From contig NC_088806.1 of assembly GCF_011386835.1 (NCBI RefSeq), positions 27,032,001 to 27,096,000 of the forward strand: a DNA stretch of 64,000 nucleotides, written 5' to 3'. Under the pieces are notes generated by a model. It did not search any database and had not been told where the DNA came from. It was given only the letters and a program-made list of their open reading frames with translations. This DNA comes from Chrysemys picta bellii (Eukaryota). Position numbers and translations under genes: made by a program. Shown one piece after another: positions 52,801-64,000 of the stretch; positions within the stretch are counted from its first letter, which is position 1; each line of letters opens with the position of its first letter.

Positions 52801-55800
52801 AATTGAACACAGGTTCTCCCAAGTCCTAGGTTAGTGCTCTAATTACTTTTACTGTGGACAATCCTGCCTGTCCTCCAAGAAGAGATGTGTTTTTATTGCA
52901 AGTTATCTAGCTGTAAAAAAACTCCACACACCTGTTTTGCCCTGCTAACCATCAGTATCACTTTCTTTGACATTTAAGTATCTTATTTTAGTTTTGCTAT
53001 TTCAGAGTGTGTAAATTGCTGTTATTCCTGCATTTTACCTGCCTGGCCAGCACCCTAGGTGCCTCAGCAGAGAGCAAGGCTTTTTAAATAAAGGCTGAGG
53101 TTTTCAAAGGGACCTAAAGGAGTTAGGCACCCAACGCCATTGAAAATCCTAGCCTAAATCATTATTATTAACACAGACGACCTTGGGAATGGAGAGTAGG
53201 TGGCAAGAAATTCAAATGGTTTCTGGAGTCTAAGAAATAATTTTTAAAAAGAATCATTAGGGCAAAACTAGTAATAGAAAAAAAAGTTTTACCTAACATC
53301 TGGACACATCTGGGGAGTGTTTCCACTGGGACTGCGTCCCCTAGGGACTGCCAGTGACTCTCAACCTTTTCAGTCTACTGTGCCCCTTTCAGGAGTCTGA
53401 TTTGTCTTGCAAACCCCCATGTTTTACCTCACTTAAAAACTAACTTGCTTACAAAATCAGACATAAAAAAACAAAAGTGTCACAGCCCGCTATTACTGAC
53501 AAATTGCTGACTTTCTTTTTACCATATTATTATAAAATAAATCAATTGGAATATAAATATTATACTTACATTTCACTGTATCACATATAAAGTAGAATAA
53601 ACAAGGCATTGTATGGAATTTGTTTGTACTGACTTCGCTAGTGCTTTTTCTGTAGCCTGTTGTAAAATAGGCAATTTTCTAGAGGAGTTGATGTACTCCC
53701 TGGAAGACCTCTGTGTACCCCCAGGGGTATGTGTACCCCCTGGTTGAACAACTGTCCTAGGGCACATACTCCTTCATTTCTCATTGAAGGAAGGAAACAT
53801 TCAGCATCAGATTATTCTCTGCAAACAAGGATGTACAGAAAAAGAAGAACAGGAGTACTTGTGGCAAGGATGTACAGAGCCTCTCGAACTTTGCTGTTTT
53901 CTCAAGCTCTGTTAAATGCAACGAATAGGAAAAAAGGGAATATTGCCATCATAAGGTGTTTGAACCTGTGATGGGGTGGCGGGGTGTCACACAACAGAGA
54001 GAGAGTTGATTGGTGGGGTGTGTGATGGGCAGTAAGTGGAGATATGTGATGAGTTTTAGGATGGGGGGGCTGTAGAAACAGATTTGTGTGTGAGTGAGAT
54101 GGGGTGCAGCGCAGAAATCTGTGTGAGGTACTGAAGCAGGTCTGTGCCTGTGTGATGGGGTTTAGGATCCTGGGTGCTGATGGGGTGGGGTGTAGGAGCA
54201 GGTGTGTATCAATGGGGTGGGGGGATGTAGGTGTGTGTGCATGCAGGGAGTGCAGGCCCAGATGGGCATGTGACGGAGTGTGATTTGGGCCGAACATTTA
54301 TGGTCTCTTTGAATGGAAATGGGGAGAACTGTGTCCTGTTCTTGCTTCCCTTCCCTTGTCCATTCTAATTACAGCAGATCTGAGGTGGGGAGATTGTTAG
54401 CCTGCAGACAGCCTCAGCATAACTCCCACCTGCAGACTGGCTGCTAAACTCCGTCCACAAAGGAGGGCAAGCGAAACAAGTGAAAGCAGCTTGGAAAGCT
54501 GATACTGAACCCTGCATCTCAGGGAACTGGCCAGAGATTCTGCTGATTATATTTAAAGTTGAGCTATTTTAATTACACGACCGACCTTCCTGCATGCTGT
54601 GAAGGATCAACCAACTCCAGAGCCCAGGAGCTGGGCAAGGCAACTCATAAGAGTCAGTGAGCTGGAGCTGCTCCCCTTTTGGGGCTGGTGCCATACATGG
54701 GAGGGCATGGGGAGCTGACAGGGCAGTGCAGGAACCATTTCAAAATAAAACAGTGTTGCTCAGAGCAGCAGCCCTTTTCCGCAGGATAAACTCCAGCCTT
54801 GTCTTGGAAGGAGCTTGGCCTCTTCTTGTTTGTGCTAACAGCATCTTCGGTGACCTCAGCACAGCTCTTGCCACAAGGTACAGCTCCTGCTGTACTGGTC
54901 ACATACACAGGGCCTGGCTGGAGGAGGGGGGGTGAACTGGAGTGCAACAGTGACAGTAGCAGGGCTATGTATTTATAATAATAACCCATCTAGTTTCCAT
55001 AGTGCCTTTCAGCTCACATGGCGCCTGAGCTATTTGCAGACGATGGGCCAAACTCAGCCCCAGTGTCACTGGGTGCAAGCCCACTGATTTCAGTGGGAAC
55101 TGCCCTTCGTCCACCTAGGCTGATTTTGCCTCCCTGCGCCCCAGCAGAACGATGGTTAATCACTACTGATTAAATTAAAACCTCTCAGTGCGTAACTCCC
55201 TTCCTTCCTTCCTATGGTTGTTACAGAACCAAAGGCCATTCGGGTCTTTAAAGCTAGAAAGCACAGAGCTCCTTCAGGTACTGCACTGCCCCTGGGCATG
55301 GCTGGGGTGGTAATGCAAATACAGTGGGGCACACAAAGCCACATGCTCCTTTGATATTCTCCAGTGATTCTCTTCCATTCTTTAAAAGTTGTAGCCCCGT
55401 GTGTCCAGCCCCTGTGTTGCAGCAGAGACAGAGCCCAGCTCTGGGAGCCTCCAAGGCCTAGCGTGCTGGACAGAGTCCAGGGCTGGATATATGTGCTAGC
55501 ATGTTACTAGCCATATAAGGATTGGCACCTGCTTTCCTCTGGTCCTTCTAGCTTTACGGAACGATAACATTTGCTTCATGCATTGGGCTCAGAATGTGAC
55601 ACATATCTGCACAGAGAGACAGCATGTGCTCCTGGGGCCATATTCAGACCCTGTGTAATTCTGCTAACGTCAGTGATGTTCCATTAGGGATAAATTTGGC
55701 CCTTGTGCATTGCACTACTAGGATGTCTCTATGTTTGACCTGTCTCTCTCTCTGGTTCTAATGGGGGAGCTGAGGGCAGGATTTGACTCATTGTCTGTGG

Positions 55801-58800
55801 AGCGCACAGTTTTGTTTGCTCTGGTTCGGTTTAGTCCGAAGACTTGCAGAAAGGGGGAAATTACCTGGGATCCTTCAGAAGCGTATGTTCCGGATGCGCC
55901 TGTTTCTTGAATCAGGGAGGAGCTGCAAGGTTTGGAGCTGTCCGGGCAGCAAACTGGCCCCTGGCCTCAGGAGAAAATGTTTTGTGACAATTCTAGAATA
56001 TCCTCAGCACCCAGAGCCTTTGATCTCATAGCAGTCCAATCTAAATGGTTCTCGCTCGTTCTTGGGGGTATGTGCATATTGGACTGTCCGAGTAGCTGCG
56101 GGAGGTGAGTACACGTTTGAGGGCATCTGTAGGGTACAGATGATGTGGCACCAGGCTCCACCAAAGATCTCTCCCCCCGCAAAGGCAGAAGGCAGGTTTG
56201 AGGTGCACAAATTTCCCCCTGGGGCCAATCTGGCCCAGTGTGTCTGTACTCTGAGTCCTGCTTTGGGGCAGTGAGCAAGCCCTTGGCTAGACCCTGCTTC
56301 TCTCTGTGGCTGCTGTGCCTCTCCCCGGCTGCCAGGGCTTCCTGGGGAAAGCAGGGTATACGCACAGCAGGTCGCAGAGCTGCTAACTCTGGAAGGGTGC
56401 ACTGCAGGCCCTGGCATTTCCAACCCTCCACAAAAAATGGAGTTGTTAGACTCAGGTATCTTAGCAACAGGGACTCCTCGTCATTCTCCTCTCTCTGTTT
56501 CTCTGGCTGCAGCTCTCAACAGTGTTACTATGGTATCATTACAGCTCATAAAGGCATTCCCACAGCAGTGTCACTCCAGTTCACGGGGGCATCCCCACAG
56601 TATTGTCCCATCTCTGGGCCGTGTTGCTGTGGCATCAGGCCAGTTCTGGGCCATATCATTGTGGTATCTCCTGAGTTCTGGGCTGTGTCACTATGGTGTC
56701 GTTGTGGCTTTGGGCTGTGTTGCCACAGTATCACCCCATCTCTGGGCTGTGTTGCTGTGTTGTTGTGGTGGCGCTAAGGTGTTACTTAAGTGTTTGGGCT
56801 CTTTTCTGTAGAATGTAGTTGTAATTTTAAAATAGCAGAACCTAATCAGTGTCTCCTGCTCCTCCGGCCAGTCAGGAACCAGCTTCTCCACACAAGTAGA
56901 GATGTTATGATCTCTGCAGAAGCTCCTTTCTGAGTGGCTGTCATTGCAATTGAGACTTCGCCTGCCATTCCATTTGTGCCACCCAGAGATGGCACGTCTT
57001 TGCACGTTAGGGGTGATAGTCCCATAGATCTGTTTGCGTTAGACCTATCCTAACAAGAGACAATTCCTGGCCCTCGGAAATGGGGAGAGTGCAGCAAAGG
57101 CAGAGATGGCTGGTCACACAGGCAAACTACGGAGCTAGGTGTTTGGCTTGACATGTTAGTCACCATCAGTGCTTTAGTTTGGTTCCATGGATCGGTGTGG
57201 ATTAGACAGTTGTGAGCCTCAAATCTTGCCTCCCTGTTCTGTGCGGGGACAGAGAGTCAGGTGGCAGAGGGACAATACATAAGAGTGACCAGCACCTACC
57301 CTTGACACATGCACCCAAAAATCTCAGATCCACATCTGGTGTCCCCTGGAGGAGCCCCTCTTTGCTCAGGACATAGGGACAGTGGGAGTCTGTGTCATCA
57401 CTTCGTGCAGGCATTTTCCATCCAGAGAAAGCTGCTTCTCCAAGGCCTTATTGGGGGGCACAGCCCAGTGAGTTCCTGCACCTCGTGGAGAACCTCAAGC
57501 CCATCAGCTAGTGGGAGATGTGTGCACAGAATCCGAGGGACCATTGTATTCACACTGACCACTTCAGGATCTCCAGAGTATAATTCCCTGAGTCAGGAGA
57601 ACTGGCAGAGATGCCTCATCAGAACCACTCTCAGGAGAGCTGGGGTCAAATCCTCATTAGACCACAACAGAGAAGGAATTTGGTGGGTCTCACACAACCT
57701 AAGGGAACACTAGGAAGCAGAATTCATTTAGCTTTACAGACTTGGCCCTTTTTGAAATCCTCCTATCTTGCAGGGCGAATTCCACTGAGTACCATTAAGT
57801 TTCTGTAAAAAACAAAACAAAACTTCTTCTGTACAGGGAAGTTAGGGTCAAGACTAAAATTCGAACTCCAGTCTGGGCTTCTCGCATGGCCGCCTCAGTT
57901 CTAAACAGGAGTCCTACAGTGAGAGGGCTGTCTCAGACCCTGCAGTCTTCTGGGTTAATTCAGTAACACTTTCCACTGGCCAGCTCCTAGGGAATTGCAA
58001 CTGGGAGAGTCTTGCTTGGGCTCAATGGCTCTTAGGGTGTGTCTACACAGCTACAGGGGTAGTTAGTGTACAACAAGCTGGGGTATCCTGCTGCACGCCT
58101 AGTGCACACTAAGTGGCCGTGTGGACCCTGCTGCTGCGCACTGAAAGTTCCCTAGTGCCCATTGATGTACTTCCAGGGAGCTTTCAGGTTTCTTTCACGT
58201 TGTTCCCAAACGCAGTGTCCGGGCGACATGTGTGTGTTTGTACATCTGCATGCAATGACAATAGGAGAGACTCAGGCCTTGCAGTGTTAACACGCCTCTC
58301 TCTCTGATTTCAGGAGATGTCCTTCACCTTTTAAAAGAAAAAAAGAAAAGCAAGGTAAGGGTTTGTGAAACATCTGTGGAGAACAGTGACAGAGTCCCAC
58401 AGGCTTGTGGCTTCCACTCAGAAAAGCTACAAATCTGGATTCTCATCCAGACTTCAGAGGCCCCATCCCCTCCAATGGTCTGTATGCCAAGTTTCCCTCC
58501 CTATGAAGCTGTGCCGAGACCGGACACAAGCCAACTCTGAGACCTGATAGAACCACCTGATCAATGGAACACAAGTTTCATAGAATTTATTGCCAAAACA
58601 GAGAGGAAATTTCCTTGTCTGATGCACCCTCCTAAAGCAGGGAAGTGTATGTGCTTGGCACATGGAGGGAATGGGCATATGAGGAAGGAAAATGACATGG
58701 GGACAGACAGCAGTGCCAAATTCTGGCCTTGAGGCAGCAGAATTCCCATAGCCCCTGAGAGATGTATTCTCTCCTGTTTTTTTTTTTAACTTCTGCAGGC

Positions 58801-61248
58801 CTCTGGAGTTGCTACCTGCTGTGGTGCCTAAACTGGCAACATGGCAAACACAAAGAAAGTCTGACAAACACCAAGAATAAAACATAATGCCCAATGTAGC
58901 TAAGAAGCCTTTGAAAGCCAGGCAGGGCATGATCCTGCCCCACTGAAATCAATGGGAGCTTTACCATTGACTTCAGTGGGCGCAGGATTCAGTCCCCAGT
59001 GCACTGTTATTCCCTATTATTATTGCTCCCTTCTAGACAGAATTAATGCACTTTCTAACAGGATGCACACCTGAACAAAGTTCTCAAGGGAGAGGGTGTG
59101 TGCATGCTGGTGTAGATACCATACCAAAGGGGTGTGTGTATTATAAATATGATTCACAGACAGACGCCGCTTTTGGGTTTGGGAATTTGTTATTGTGCCG
59201 TTTGGTAAATAGCCACATTTGTGCTAAAGTACCCACGAAACAATTCCAGCTGGACAATGACAGCACAATGTTAGGGCTGTGTGAAGCTGGTTGTAAGGGA
59301 TTCGTGTGTCACTCCTAGTCTTTCACCTAAAGTACCTTAGGAATGTTATAGGATTTTGTGAGGGAGCTTCTGAAAATTCTAAATATGTTTAAAATGACTA
59401 AATCTCATGCCAAAAAGGACTTAAATTGCCATCTTGCTGCGAACCAAAGGGTGTGTGAGCACCCTCAGCTGGCTGTGCGGCATCTGCAGCTTAGCATCCT
59501 TCCTAGAGCTGCAAACATCAACTAGGAGCACAGAGAAATAAACAAACCAACAGCCCTAGAACCAACCCCTGCAAAACATGTTTGCCAAACAGCAAAGGAC
59601 AAAATGGGTACAGACAAACCGTGGATCTGAGATGCTCAGAGGGCCTGACGCTGTCTGTGGTGTGTACCTCCTGCTAGGTACTGCGTGATTCACAGCATGT
59701 TGTCCTCTCTGGAAAGCTCATTTTCCAAAAAGAACAGGCCGGGGCTTTCTTGTGTGAGGCATGCTCCGAAGACATGATTCAGCGGGGACTTCAGCTGGGC
59801 TGGAAATTTGAAAAGGGCCCAGTGGAGAGAGCCTGTGTACTGGACACTGTTGCTGTGATGTGTATAAGAAGGAGCAATACCCAGCAGTTAAATCACCCTG
59901 ATTCTCTGGTGTTTCTTTTGCAGGCACTAGAGCAAAACAGATGAGCCAACCGCACCAAGATGACAGGAAGGTAAATGGACCCTAAAGCAGGGCCGGCTCT
60001 AGGTTTTTTGCTGCCCCAAGCAAAAATTTTTTTGACTGCCCCCCCACCCCAACCCTGGGCTCTCCCCCTCCCCCCCAACTGCACCCTCCTGTCACCTCAA
60101 CCCTGGGTCACTGGTAACTCGCTCCCAGGGCGAGTCATTCAGCAGGAATTTTGGATGTGCACAGAACACAGAGAGGATTGGTTCCCATATGGTTACAGAA
60201 CTGCAGTAAAGTGGAACAATTTTCAGCTTGTGTGATTGGAGGATATCTGGATGCATATTATAAGACTGTCCTACATAAATGAGAAAAAGTTGAGGTGCCT
60301 TTATTATTCTTTTGTTCCATTCTTTGTTTCTATGGGGCTCCCAGGGCCCCCTGTTGGTTCTCAGCTCCCAGGCTGGATTCTTGCGCCCCTTGCAAATTTG
60401 CCACCCCAAGCAACTGCTTGCTTTGCTGGTGCCTAGAGCCGGCCCTGCCCTAAAGACATTTAACTAAACAGACAAGTTGAAAATACAGTGTTCAGCCCCT
60501 TAGGGTACATCTGCATTGGAACTGGGACAGCAAGGGTAGACTCACACAAGCTAGTTTTGATTGAGCTAGCTTAATAAAAATAGTCGTGTAGCATCAATGG
60601 CACACGCAAGCCGCTCAAGTACATTCCTAGGATCCCAGGAAATGTTGTACCTGGGTGGCTGCATTGCTTTTTAGCGAGCGAAGCCAGCTTGGGTCTGCCT
60701 CCACCTGCTGCAGTTGTGCTTCCTGATTGCTACATAGACACACCCTTACTTCCTGGGCTAGGGGGCTGGGAAAGCTTTGGACGCAGCATGCTCAACCCCC
60801 AGGGTAGTCCCCATTGCCAGGCTGGCAGGGACTGAGAATGGTTTGGAGGCAGCATGTTGCGGTCTATGGGGAGCTGGCATAGCCTTTTGGCTGACGCTAG
60901 GTGCAATACGGCAGTGGTGTTCAGCCCTCCTGTGAGCCCACAGTGTGGGATGGGGGGAAAGAATGGGGAGCTGATTCTCTAGCACTCTTTTTCCAGACGG
61001 GCCTGCAGGCTGCTCACATGTACGATGACGTCTCGGAGTTTCCAGTCTATGCTACTGTGAACAAGCCCAGGAATGTGAAGCGTGATGACAGCGTGCACTA
61101 TGCAGATATCCAGGTATTCACCAGGGCCCGGGAGCGCTCGGCCCAAGAGGTGAAGAACTTGCAAATGCAGAATGCAACGGAGTATGCCACCCTTAACTTC
61201 CCCCATCCCAGACTGAAATACGACAGCAGAAATGGGACCCTGGTGTAA
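49857..61248 (+). CDS. C11orf52: Uncharacterised protein C11orf52 homologue, 123 aa
   Basis: join(49857-49888,58314-58354,59924-59970,60997-61248) = 32+41+47+252 = 372 nt; MGNSCSCAGRGRCPSPFKRKKEKQG...HYADIQV...NATEYATLNFP...YDSRNGTLV*. Confidence 0.9.
50154..50276. mobile_element. hAT Blackjack-like MITE
   Basis: TIRs TAGGGTGACCAGA / TCTGGTCACCCTA; perfect 8-bp TSD GTCACAGG. Confidence 0.92.
52610..52850 (-). mobile_element. CORE-SINE (MIR-like)
   Basis: ggaaagtgactttggcaaggctcacccagaaagtctgtagcagagcagggaattgaacacagg. Confidence 0.6.
53352..53754. mobile_element. hAT (Charlie-like) non-autonomous element
   Basis: Imperfect TIRs CAGTGACTCTCAACC / GGTTGAACAACTG around an AT-rich interior. 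TSD unclear. Confidence 0.6.
53960..54290. repeat. TG/GGGGT-rich low-complexity tract
   Basis: Recurrent gtgtgtgatggggt-like words. Confidence 0.6.
56590..56770. repeat. Degenerate 32-bp tandem repeat, about 5 copies
   Basis: (c/t)tggg anchors at 56614, 56646, 56678, 56710 and 56742. Confidence 0.7.
58314..58354 (+). CDS. C11orf52: C11orf52 exon 2
   Basis: atttcag|G AGA TGT CCT TCA CCT TTT AAA AGA AAA AAA GAA AAG CAA G|gtaagg. Confidence 0.85.
58925..58996. mobile_element. Short palindromic MITE (representative of a dispersed family)
   Basis: gggcatgatcctgccccactgaaatcaatgg-gagcttta-ccattgacttcagtgggcgcaggattcagtccc. Confidence 0.75.
59924..59970 (+). CDS. C11orf52: C11orf52 exon 3
   Basis: cttttgcag|GC ACT AGA ... 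AGG AAG|gtaaat; restores phase 0. Confidence 0.8.
59988..60447. mobile_element. hAT non-autonomous element, 460 bp
   Basis: TIRs CAGGGCCGGCTCTAGG / CCTAGAGCCGGCCCTG; perfect 8-bp TSD CCCTAAAG. Confidence 0.92.
60503..60745. mobile_element. Degraded PIF/Harbinger-like MITE
   Basis: TTA|GGGTACATCTGCA ... TACATAGACACACCC|TTA (3-bp TTA TSD). Confidence 0.6.
60997..61248 (+). CDS. C11orf52: C11orf52 exon 4 (terminal)
   Basis: tttttccag|ACG GGC CTG ... CTG GTG TAA. Confidence 0.92.
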   Translation, partial: TGLQAAHMYDDVSEFPVYATVNKPRNVKRDDSVHYADIQVFTRARERSAQEVKNLQMQNATEYATLNFPHPRLKYDSRNGTLV

Positions 61249-61407
61249 GAGGTGCAGCAGCCTCCTCCAGCAAAAGTGTTTCACAGACTGAGACGCTGTA
61301 GATTCAAGCCTATACCGTGGACGCATGGGTCTCTCTGAGAATGTGCAGAGAACCTGGATCCTCCAGTTGTATTTGGTTTTGAAGGACTCTAATATTTGTC
61401 GTAACTG

Positions 61408-61413
61408 AATAAA
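61408..61413 (+). terminator. C11orf52 poly(A) signal AATAAA
   Basis: About 160 nt after the stop codon. Confidence 0.6.
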
Positions 61414-64000
61414 ACTTTTCACTGGGTTTTGCTGAGAAAATCCAATTTACCCCTTCAGAAACATCAGGGATGTTTCTGAGGCTGGAAGGATGTCTCCTTT
61501 GGGCCATTCTAGAAGGTAAAGCTGCTCCCTGTCTAATGAAATCATAGCCCAGTGCCATGGGGAGGTGGTTCATACCATGGCAGGAGGATTAGCCCTGCAC
61601 CATAATACAGGCAGATCTGGAAACCCAGAACAAAGGATTAGATAAGTTAGAACAAGTGAAATGTTTGCCACTGGATTTTGTTTCAACATTAAGAAAACCC
61701 TGCAGCTGTTACAGAAAATGACAGGTGGGTGATACTGTGAGGAAATTGCATGGACCATATCACTATATGCATGCTGCAAACACTAGCCCTTCCACTTGGC
61801 ATGCTTCAGACACTAAGCCCGTACCATTTCCTCAATGAAGCAGTGTGTTCCCACCATGCACAGTGCTCTGCAATGCTAAGAGCAGGAATGCAGGGTCTAG
61901 ACGTGGCTAAGCCGCCCTTTCAGCAGTAGGACGGTTATAGATGTGGATCCTTGCCCCTGAAAGGGAATGAGAAGCTCTTAGCCATGGTCTGAAATGAAGG
62001 CAACTAACATTTACAAATTAATTTTTGAACAATAATTTTAAATCCTCTGCTCACACTTAAGGGTGGGTCATCCAGTCCTCAGACACGCTGGCAGTTTGCA
62101 TGTCTGTGGGATTGAGGATGAATCATAGCCAACCTCAGATAGGGTTTAGGACCCTTTCTTCTTCCTTCCTGTGTCAGGTAGCAGACGGCGCGTAGCACAG
62201 GGCTCATGCTAGACACCCCCTCACCAATACATATTTGAGATTTTGTTTATAGATTCATAATATTGATTATTAATAATGTGGTTTAGCAACAATCCAGTAG
62301 GTTCCTGCATCCCTACATGGCAGGGGTTAAACTATGGGCTGAATTTCCAACGTTGTCACCTAAACAGGGTTTCCAAACTTAAACCAGCACTTTACACTGT
62401 TAAATGAAACTTTGTGCACCTATGTGCTGATCTGAGTGGCTCAATGCAGGATTTGGGACATCCTGGTCAAATACCAGTGTTTGAAAATGGGGAGTTTCGT
62501 AAAGGTTATAATCAAATTGCATTTTGCTTACAACTTTATTAACTAAAGACCTGAGTGTGGTCAGTATGAGTTACTGTTCACTAAAAAAATAAAAGAGGTA
62601 CTAATATCTGTATGTTACCATGGAGATATTTTGGGGACCAGTCTTGCAATCTTTTCACCTGAATGGCTTTTGCTCACCTATGAAGTCCCACTGACTTCAG
62701 TGCAAGTGCTATGCCTATAGTCAGGTTTGCAGGATAAAGCCCTATATTACTGTGAGGGCTAGTTCTTCTGACTCCCTCCTAAAGCTCCAAGAATTCTCCC
62801 TTTTCTCCCCCAGATCCCCACACTCTCCAGACCCTGCATGATCACCCATCCTTCTGACCCAAGGGGAATGGATGGGCTTTGGACAGTGCGACTGTGTGGC
62901 ACCGGGCACTCCCTCATTACAAGAGAGAGGCTGAGTGCTTTGCCCCTGCTGGCCCACTATTCAAGGGTGGAAGTGGGGTCTCAAACCCACATCTTGTGCA
63001 TGCTAGACTGTGGGAGTAGCAAGCAACTACATCTTTTCATAGAATCACCAATATTAGAACTAGAAAGAGCCATTAGTTCACCATTATCTAATCCAACCTC
63101 CCTCAGCCAGTGCAGGATAAAATAATTTTATTATATAGGTTTTATATAAACTTTATTAAATATAGATTATCACTTAGTGGGGAGCCTTCCTTTGCAGCCA
63201 TAACCTCCTTGGTAGAGTAACACATGGCACAGGGCACTGCCCATCTGCTTGTCTGCTAATGGCAGAAATGCGTGGTCTCTTTTGACACCATGCACCCTTG
63301 GTGCCAAGTCCACCTAAAGCTAGCGGGTAGCCATGCAGAATGCTGGCAGCTGGGTAGTTTGTCATTTAGTGGTGAAACTGGGCATGTACCTGCATCTCCA
63401 GCCAAAAATGAATGGGGCTCATTTGAGAACAAATTATGCTCTAGTTCTGAGTGAAGCAACCAGCTGCTGCAAACTGTGCGGCAAAGAATCTGTTTCTGAA
63501 GTTCTCCCCGCCTGGAATGCTGAGCTGGGAACGGGAAAGCAAGCCACACAAATAGAGCATAGGACAAACAGTAAGGGCCAGATTCTGATTTCAGTTACAC
63601 TGGGGGAAATCCACAAGTCAATAGAGTTGGTCCAGATTGTAGCTGGTGTAAATAAGAACAGAGTCTGGCCCTAAGGAACTTGTTTTCTGGGCATGTCAGT
63701 TGATTCTATTGATCTGTGGATTAATTGAACCTCTGGCTCTTTTGTATTCTGTATTAGTTTCTGTTGCTGTTACCACTATCTTTTAATGAGCTCCTCAATG
63801 CCTGGACTGGTATTTTATCTCAGATTTCCTGGGGAATTCTAGCTTTCATGCTTAGCTGGTACTCCATGTTGTTTCTAGCGGTACAGTATATCGTAGAGAT
63901 AATCAAATGCGCTCCATAGAAGCAGAAATAATACAGTAATTTTGCCTGTTTAACAGGCCTCAAATAGATCAAATGTGAATGTACACGTTTTGAAATGATT

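Noticed and set aside
60092-60409. ORFs inside the 59988-60447 hAT element as transposase remnants
   Set aside because: I recognise no hAT transposase motif. The element is too short and non-autonomous.
61420-64000. First coding exon of DIXDC1, expected next by synteny
   Set aside because: No MLACLTRG-like coding exon or CpG island is visible. It probably lies beyond the window.

Overview
Vertebrate genomic DNA, most likely from a turtle. The repeat landscape (CR1 LINEs, hAT and PIF/Harbinger-like MITEs, CORE-SINEs) and a bird-like 174-aa alphaB-crystallin point that way. The window is syntenic with human 11q23: ALG9 (minus, coding exons 1-8, rest off-window to the left), FDXACB1 (minus, complete, 627 aa), a bidirectional CpG-island promoter, CFAP68/C11orf1 (plus, 155 aa), CRYAB (minus, 174 aa), HSPB2 (plus, head-to-head with CRYAB, 177 aa) and C11orf52 (plus, 123 aa). 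I assembled all exon chains by hand; each has GT-AG boundaries and consistent phases. I found no RNA genes, no CRISPR array and no unambiguous novel multi-gene system. The best leads are: (1) a 40-bp minisatellite carrying 10 CAGCTG E-boxes next to the conserved alphaB-crystallin muscle enhancer, in an enlarged CRYAB-HSPB2 intergenic region; (2) phase compatibility that allows an in-frame FDXACB1-ALG9 readthrough fusion; (3) C11orf52 resembling a lipid-anchored phosphotyrosine/PDZ adaptor; (4) a degenerate CRYAB heat-shock element; (5) a promoter minisatellite at ALG9 with a steep CpG-decay gradient. Comparisons with human and bird sequences are from memory and need alignment to confirm.
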